Of a DNA stretch of 64,000 bases, positions 57,280 through 64,000 are shown piece by piece. The stretch comes from the human T2T-CHM13v2.0 reference genome, Homo sapiens. Position numbers and translations under genes: made by a program. Below the pieces are notes generated by a model. That model saw only the letters and a program-made list of their open reading frames with translations. It had not been told where the DNA came from and did not search any database. Within the stretch, counting starts at the first letter, position 1. Each line of letters starts with the position of its first letter. The DNA lies in assembly GCF_009914755.1 (NCBI RefSeq), contig NC_060935.1; one strand, 5' to 3'.

Positions 57280-57366
57280 CTCTAATGGCCAAGGGAAAAC
57301 TTGTGAGACTATAAAAGTTAGTCTCAGTACACAAAGCTCAGACTGGCTATTCCCAGATCTCTTCAG
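57280..57366 (+). promoter_or_regulatory. Candidate OR4F promoter and short first exon
   Basis: TAATGG next to O/E-like CCAAGGGA (57283-57296), TATAAAA at 57310-57316, and CCCAGATCTCTTCAG|GT (57352-57366) matching my recollection of OR4F5 exon 1. Confidence 0.55.
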
Positions 57367-59530
57367 GTACATCTAGTCCATTCATAAAGGGCTTTTAATT
57401 AACCAAGTGGTTTACTAAAAAGGACAATTCACTACATATTATTCTCTTACAGTTTTATGCTACTATGCTTCAAGGGACTACAGCAATTTTCACAGAATTA
57501 TATATAATTCTAATGGTTGAATTCCATGAATAATCTATGGCATGAAAGATTTTACCTGTCAACAGTGGCTGGCTCTTCATGGTTGCTACAATGAGTGTGT
57601 AAGATTCTGAAGAACTCCTTTAATAAGCCTAAACTTAATGTTCAACTTAGAATAAATACAATTCTTCTAAATTTTTTTGAATAATTTTTGAAAAGTCAGA
57701 AATGAGCTTTGAAAGAATTATGGTGGTGAAGGATCCCCTCAGCAGCACAAATTCAGGAGAGAGATGTCTTAACTACGTTAGCAAGAAATTCCTTTTGCTA
57801 AAGAATAGCATTCCTGAATTCTTACTAACAGCCATGATAGAAAGTCTTTTGCTACAGATGAGAACCCTCGGGTCAACCTCATCCTTGGCATATTTCATGT
57901 GAAGATATAACTTCAAGATTGTCCTTGCCTATCAATGAAATGAATTAATTTTATGTCAATGCATATTTAAGGTCTATTCTAAATTGCACACTTTGATTCA
58001 AAAGAAACAGTCCAACCAACCAGTCAGGACAGAAATTATCTCACAATAAAAATCCTATCATTTGTACTGTCAATGATTAGTATGATTATATTTATTACCG
58101 TGCTAAGCAGAAGAGAACTGAAGTGAATGTTCATGATTTATTCCACTATTAGACTTCTCTTTATTCTTAAAAATATTTAAGATCACTAAATTTTTATAGG
58201 ACTTTAAAAACAGTAATGTGCTGCTTGAGTGTGTAGGACTAAGAAATGGGATTCAGAGTAGTAAAGAGAAAAGTAGAATTTCCAAGCACTATGAATTACT
58301 GTTCTTTAAAAAACAGCAAAAATCAAATAACAGTATTCCTCCAAAAAAGATGGCAAGTGTAAACTCTATACCTTCATGTCTCCCGTGGAATGTTAGTGAT
58401 CAATTTCCACTTCTCTCTTTTACATCTTACTTGCCCATTAACTCTTATACCTAATCCAAAGATTGTTAATATGGCTATGCCTCACTTTCAGGACACCTTT
58501 TATTTGTTACTTCTCTTCACTGCAAAACTTCTTGAAACAGTACTTATTTTCTCTCCTCCATACACAATTGAAATGGCTCTCAACTCATGCCCAGAAGTCA
58601 GTGTTCAGTCTCTCACCTGGCAGATAGCAACTTACAAAGATGCCCCAACAATACCTCCTTGTGTCTAGACAGTCATCATTATCCTTTACCTTTTTCTGTA
58701 TTTATTTCTGCTCCTAAAAGGGATCTCTATGTAAAGTATTGTTATACTAGTGCTTGTTATAATTATTATCAGCTCCCTCCCTTCCAATTCCAAGCTCCCT
58801 CCCTTCCAATTCACATTGAGTCCAGAGCTAAATTAAACAATCATTCAAAATTTTTCAGTAGTTCTTGTCTCTATAATAAAACAGAAATGCTTTAGAAAGC
58901 ATTCCAAAATCTCTTACCAGTTTTATCTCCTATGAAAGTCCTTCACACTTTCTCTCATTTAAACTTTATTGCATTTTCCTCACTTTTTCTCACTTCACTT
59001 TTGAATTCCCTATTCTTTTATCCTCTGTTAATTTTTAAGTATTATATTTGTGATACTATTTTTTCTTTTTTTCTATTTTTTATCTTTCATTTCATTTTGG
59101 CCTATTTTTTTCTCTTAAGAACTTTAATATCACCAAATAACATGCGTGCTACAAACTGTTTTGTAGTTCAAAGAAAAAGGAGATAAACATAGAGTTATGG
59201 CATAGACTTAATCTGGCAGAGAGACAAGCATAAATAATGGTATTTTATATTAGGAATAAACCTAACATTAATGGAGACACTGAGAAGCTGAGATAACTGA
59301 ATTATAAGGCATAGCCAGGGAAGTAGTGCGAGACAAAATTATGATCTTGTTGAATTCTGAATGTCTTTAAGTAATAGATTATAGAAAGTCACTGTAAGAG
59401 TGAGCAGAATGATATAAAATGAGGCTTTGAATTTGAATATAATAATTCTGACTTCCTTCTCCTTCTCTTCTTCAAGGTAACTGCAGAGGCTATTTCCTGG
59501 AATGAATCAACGAGTGAAACGAATAACTCT

Positions 59531-60448
59531 ATGGTGACTGAATTCATTTTTCTGGGTCTCTCTGATTCTCAGGAACTCCAGACCTTCCTATTTATGTTGT
59601 TTTTTGTATTCTATGGAGGAATCGTGTTTGGAAACCTTCTTATTGTCATAACAGTGGTATCTGACTCCCACCTTCACTCTCCCATGTACTTCCTGCTAGC
59701 CAACCTCTCACTCATTGATCTGTCTCTGTCTTCAGTCACAGCCCCCAAGATGATTACTGACTTTTTCAGCCAGCGCAAAGTCATCTCTTTCAAGGGCTGC
59801 CTTGTTCAGATATTTCTCCTTCACTTCTTTGGTGGGAGTGAGATGGTGATCCTCATAGCCATGGGCTTTGACAGATATATAGCAATATGCAAACCCCTAC
59901 ACTACACTACAATTATGTGTGGCAACGCATGTGTCGGCATTATGGCTGTCGCATGGGGAATTGGCTTTCTCCATTCGGTGAGCCAGTTGGCCTTTGCCGT
60001 GCACTTACCCTTCTGTGGTCCCAATGAGGTCGATAGTTTTTATTGTGACCTTCCTAGGGTAATCAAACTTGCCTGTACAGATACCTACAGGCTAGATATT
60101 ATGGTCATTGCTAACAGTGGTGTGCTCACTGTGTGTTCTTTTGTTCTTCTAATCATCTCATACACTATCATCCTAATGACCATCCAGCATTGCCCTTTAG
60201 ATAAGTCGTCCAAAGCTCTGTCCACTTTGACTGCTCACATTACAGTAGTTCTTTTGTTCTTTGGACCATGTGTCTTTATTTATGCCTGGCCATTCCCCAT
60301 CAAGTCATTAGATAAATTCCTTGCTGTATTTTATTCTGTGATCACCCCTCTCTTGAACCCAATTATATACACACTGAGGAACAAAGACATGAAGACGGCA
60401 ATAAGACGGCTGAGAAAATGGGATGCACATTCTAGTGTAAAGTTTTAG
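59531..60448 (+). CDS. OR4F4: Olfactory receptor 4F, 305-aa open frame (OR4F4/OR4F5/OR4F17 group; OR4F4-like residues)
   Basis: Intact ORF with [30 protein letters not shown] and NPIIYTLRN. Residues AVAW, HLPF, QHCP and AIRRL match OR4F4 as recalled, so the paralog assignment is tentative. Confidence 0.9.
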   Translation: MVTEFIFLGLSDSQELQTFLFMLFFVFYGGIVFGNLLIVITVVSDSHLHSPMYFLLANLSLIDLSLSSVTAPKMITDFFSQRKVISFKGCLVQIFLLHFFGGSEMVILIAMGFDRYIAICKPLHYTTIMCGNACVGIMAVAWGIGFLHSVSQLAFAVHLPFCGPNEVDSFYCDLPRVIKLACTDTYRLDIMVIANSGVLTVCSFVLLIISYTIILMTIQHCPLDKSSKALSTLTAHITVVLLFFGPCVFIYAWPFPIKSLDKFLAVFYSVITPLLNPIIYTLRNKDMKTAIRRLRKWDAHSSVKF

Positions 60449-62529
60449 ATCTTATATAACTGTGAGATTAATCTCAGATAATGACACAAAATATAGTGAA
60501 GTTGGTAAGTTATTTAGTAAAGCTCATGAAAATTGTGCCCTCCATTCCCATATAATTTAGTAATTGTCTAGGAACTTCCACATACATTGCCTCAATTTAT
60601 CTTTCAACAACTTGTGTGTTATATTTTGGAATACAGATACAAAGTTATTATGCTTTCAAAATATTCTTTTGCTAATTCTTAGAATGAAGAAAGGCATAAA
60701 TATATTAGTATTTGTGTACACCTGTTCCTTCCTGTGTGATCCTAAGTTTAGTAGAAGAAAGGAGAGAAAATATAGCCTAGCTTATAAATTTAAAAAAAAA
60801 TTTATTTGGTCCATTTTGTGAAAAACATAAAAAAAGAACTGTCACATCTTAATTTAAAAAATATATGCTTAGTGGTAAGGAGATATATGTCAACTTTTAA
60901 GAGGTTGAAAAACAAACGCCTCCCATTATAAGTTTATACTTCACCTCCCACCACTATAACAACCCAGAATCCATGAGGGCATTATCAGGAGTGAGTGGAA
61001 GAGTAAGTTTGCCAATGTGAAATGTGCCTTCTAGGTCCTAGACATCTGTGGTATAACTGCTCATAAGCAGTAGAAAGAATTTAGAGGGATCCAGGCTCTC
61101 ATCATGTTGGCACAAAGTATATTACTTGGATCCATCTATGTCATTTTCCATGGTTAATGTTTAAAAGCACAGGCTTTAAAGTAAAAAACAAAGAGCTGGA
61201 TTCAACTCTACTGACTCTTATTAATCATGATTTTGGGCACATTACGTAGCTTTCATGAGCTTTAGTTTCTACATTTATAAACAGGAGATTATACCTATTA
61301 TGCATGGTTATTATGAAGGAAAATGACAAAATAGATATAAATCAAATAGCCCACTTCGAGACATATTAAGCATGAATAAACATTAGATACTATTAAAATC
61401 CTATATATTAACAAAGCCAAAAGTTTCAAACTTTACTTTTTCCCAACATTCTTGTGAAATATGACACATCCCAATCTTAACAGATGCTCATTTGGGATAC
61501 TGTACTTGTGAGTGGAAGTGTGTATATTTGTGTGCAAGTGTGTACTCATATACTTCCACCTTACCACCCTAGAAAGGCATGATGAAAATTTAAGATAGAA
61601 GGAAAATATAAATTGAAAAAAAAAAAAAACCTTAGCAAATGATTCTGACAAATATCTTCTCTTTCCAGGGAGAATCACTGAGCCAGAATAAAATTGAACA
61701 CTAAATATTCTAAGAAAAAAGGAATCTAGTTTGTCAAAATGTGACTTGAATTAATAGATAAGGAGAGTCAGATGATAAGAGGGTCAAAATTATGTTTATC
61801 TTAGGAAAAGTAGAATAGAAAATTTATAAGCAGATTAAAAACACATAATAAAAGTAGTAAATAATAATGACAGTATCTCAAATCAGTGCAGGGGGGAAAG
61901 GCCTACTAATGTGATGGTGGGATAATTGGATAGCAATATGGGAAAAGATATATTTAATTTATTTGCTACACCAAATGCCAGGACAATCTCTAAGTGAATT
62001 CAAGACATAACTCTTTTTTCAAAAAAACTATGCAAATATTAAAAGAAAACAAGTTAATGTTTTTATAATCTATGAATATGGTAAAGATGGATAACATTGA
62101 CTATCAAATTAATTTTTAATGCGTAATAAAACTATGAGAAAATTTAAAAGTGGGAAGAAACTACTTGTAACTCACATAATAGACTAGCACTTCTAACACA
62201 TAGGGAACTTCTAAAACAAAACCCAAAATATTAATAGGAAAATGGGCAAAACAGTTAAACTTACAGTTCATACATAAGGAGAATCAGTCTTTTTTTTTTT
62301 TACAGTTGTAGGCAAAAAACTTTTATTTTTCATTTATTTGTAAAATTTACCCCTAATTTATTCATAATTCATTTAACTGCTAAGGGCATTAATGTGTACA
62401 ACGCCATGGGAGAAACCAGTATATTCAGAATTTCTCCTGAAATTTGACCAGAAGTTATGGGCATCCCTCCCCTGGGAAGGAGGCAGGCAGAAAAGTTTGG
62501 AATCTATGTAGTAAAATATGTTACTCTTT

Positions 62530-62599
62530 TATATATATACATATATGTGTGTATATGTGTATATATATATATACACACATATATACATACATACATACA

Positions 62600-62630
<31 letters not shown>
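62530..62630. repeat. (TA)n/(TACA)n microsatellite
   Basis: About 11 TACA units after a TA/TG mix. Confidence 0.95.
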
Positions 62631-62650
62631 TATCTGAATTAGGCCTGGTC

Positions 62651-63360
62651 TTTTTTAATAGTTTAAGTTCTGGGATACATGTGCAGAATGTACAGGTTTG
62701 TTACACAGGTATACACGTGCCATGGTTGTTTGCTGCACCCATCAATTCATCATCTACATTAGGTATTTCTCCTAACGTTATCCCTCTCCTTGCCTCCCAC
62801 CCCCCGACAGGCCCTGGTGTGTGATATTCCCTTCCCTGTGCCCATATGTTCTCATTGGTCAACTCCCACTTATGAGTGAGAACATGCGGTGTTTGGTTTT
62901 CTGTTCTTGTGTTAGTTTGCGAAGAATGATGGTTTCCAGCTTCATCCATGTCCCTGCAAAGGACATGAACTCATTCTTTTTTATGGCTTCAAGAAATGCA
63001 AATCAAAACCACAATGAGATGCCATCTCACACCAGTTAGAATGGCAATCATTAAAAAGTCAGGAAACAATAGATGCTGGAGAGGATGTGGAGAAATAGGA
63101 ATGCTTTTACACTGTTGGTGGGAGCGTACATTAGTTCAACCATTGTGGAAGACAGTGTGGTGATTCCTCAAGGATCTAAAACTAGAAATACCATTTGACC
63201 CAGCAATCCCATTACTGGGTATATACCCAAACGATTGTAAGTCATTCTACTATAAAGACACATGCACAGGTATGTTTATTGCAGCACTATTCACAATAGG
63301 GAAGACTTGGAACCAACCCAAATGCCCATCAATGTTAGACTAGATAAAATGTGGCACATA
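62651..63360 (-). mobile_element. L1PA with 5' inversion (twin priming) and TSD
   Basis: Minus-strand 3' end (62651-62988) fused to a plus-strand upstream L1 segment (62989-63360); TAG(G/A)CCTGGTCTT at 62640-62652 and 63359-63371. Confidence 0.9.
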
Positions 63361-63479
63361 GACCTGGTCTTAAAATCAAGAACAGAGATTGTTACTTTTA
63401 CATCCATTCCTAATTGATAAACCATTCAGTTATACCACATCTTAGCTTCTGGACTACAATGACCATATTTGGGGTTTTC

Positions 63480-64000
63480 TTTCTAATTTCATTATAGGTT
63501 CAGAGGGTACATGTGCAGGTTTGAGACAAAGGTATATTGCATGATACTAAGGTCTGGAGTACAAATGATTCCACCTCCCAGGTAGCAAGAATAATACCCA
63601 ATATGTAGTTTTTCAACTCTTTCCCCTCTTCCTCCATCCTCCCTCTGCTACTCTGTGGTGTCTGTTTCTCTCATCTTTATGTCCATGTGTACTCGATGCT
63701 TAGCTCCCCCTTGTAGGTGAGAACATGTGGTATTTGGTTTTCTGTTTCAGTGTTAATTCACTTAGGATAATGGCCTCCAACTGCATTCATGCTGCTGCAA
63801 AGGATGTGACTTTCTTCTTATTAGCTGCATATATTTTGTGGTGGATTTGTACCACATTTACTTTATCTAGTCCAAAGTTGTTGGGCACCCAGGTGGATTC
63901 CATGTCTTTGCTATTGTGAATAGCACTGGGACAACCCATACAAGTTCATGTGTCTTTTTGGTAAAACAATGTATTTTCCTTTGGGCATATATGCGGTGAT
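63480..64000 (-). mobile_element. Old L1 (L1PB/L1MA) 3' end, runs off the window
   Basis: GGGTACATGTGCAGGTTTG...GTGAGAACATGTGGTATTTGGTTTTCTG...GCTATTGTGAATAG. Confidence 0.88.

Overview
This is a human (or very close hominid) chromosome end, read from the telomere inward. The order is: (CCCTAA)n telomere with a proximal variant-repeat zone, TAR1/61-29-37 TERRA-promoter repeats with CTCF motifs, a DDX11L helicase pseudogene (+), a WASH (WASHC1-family) copy (-) with intronic MIR6859, a CpG-island bidirectional promoter, a MIR1302 host lncRNA, FAM138 (-), a repeat-rich AT-rich stretch, two OR4G pseudogenes and an OR4F gene whose residues (VAW/HLP/QHC/IRR) match OR4F4 as I recall it. This is the known multi-copy subtelomeric duplicon, not a new gene system, and the chromosome cannot be assigned from sequence alone. 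The interesting signals are specific to this copy. (1) The spliced WASH frame is a complete 465 codons broken by a single nonsense codon (Y183*) that also creates a tandem splice acceptor at the MIR6859 mirtron end. (2) All three OR genes keep an exact AG+33 nt+start architecture, but the start codons are ATG, GTG and ACG; the 'intact' OR4F ORF lacks its N-glycosylation sequons, and the upstream exon that supplies an ATG in reference paralogs appears deleted. (3) There are three templated-insertion repair scars. (4) One AluY carries about 21 AT-to-GC changes and no GC-to-AT change. (5) There is a young AluYa-lineage insertion, an L1-mobilised LTR12 3' end and a twin-primed L1. Comparisons with GRCh38 and with repeat consensus sequences are from memory and need confirming by alignment.
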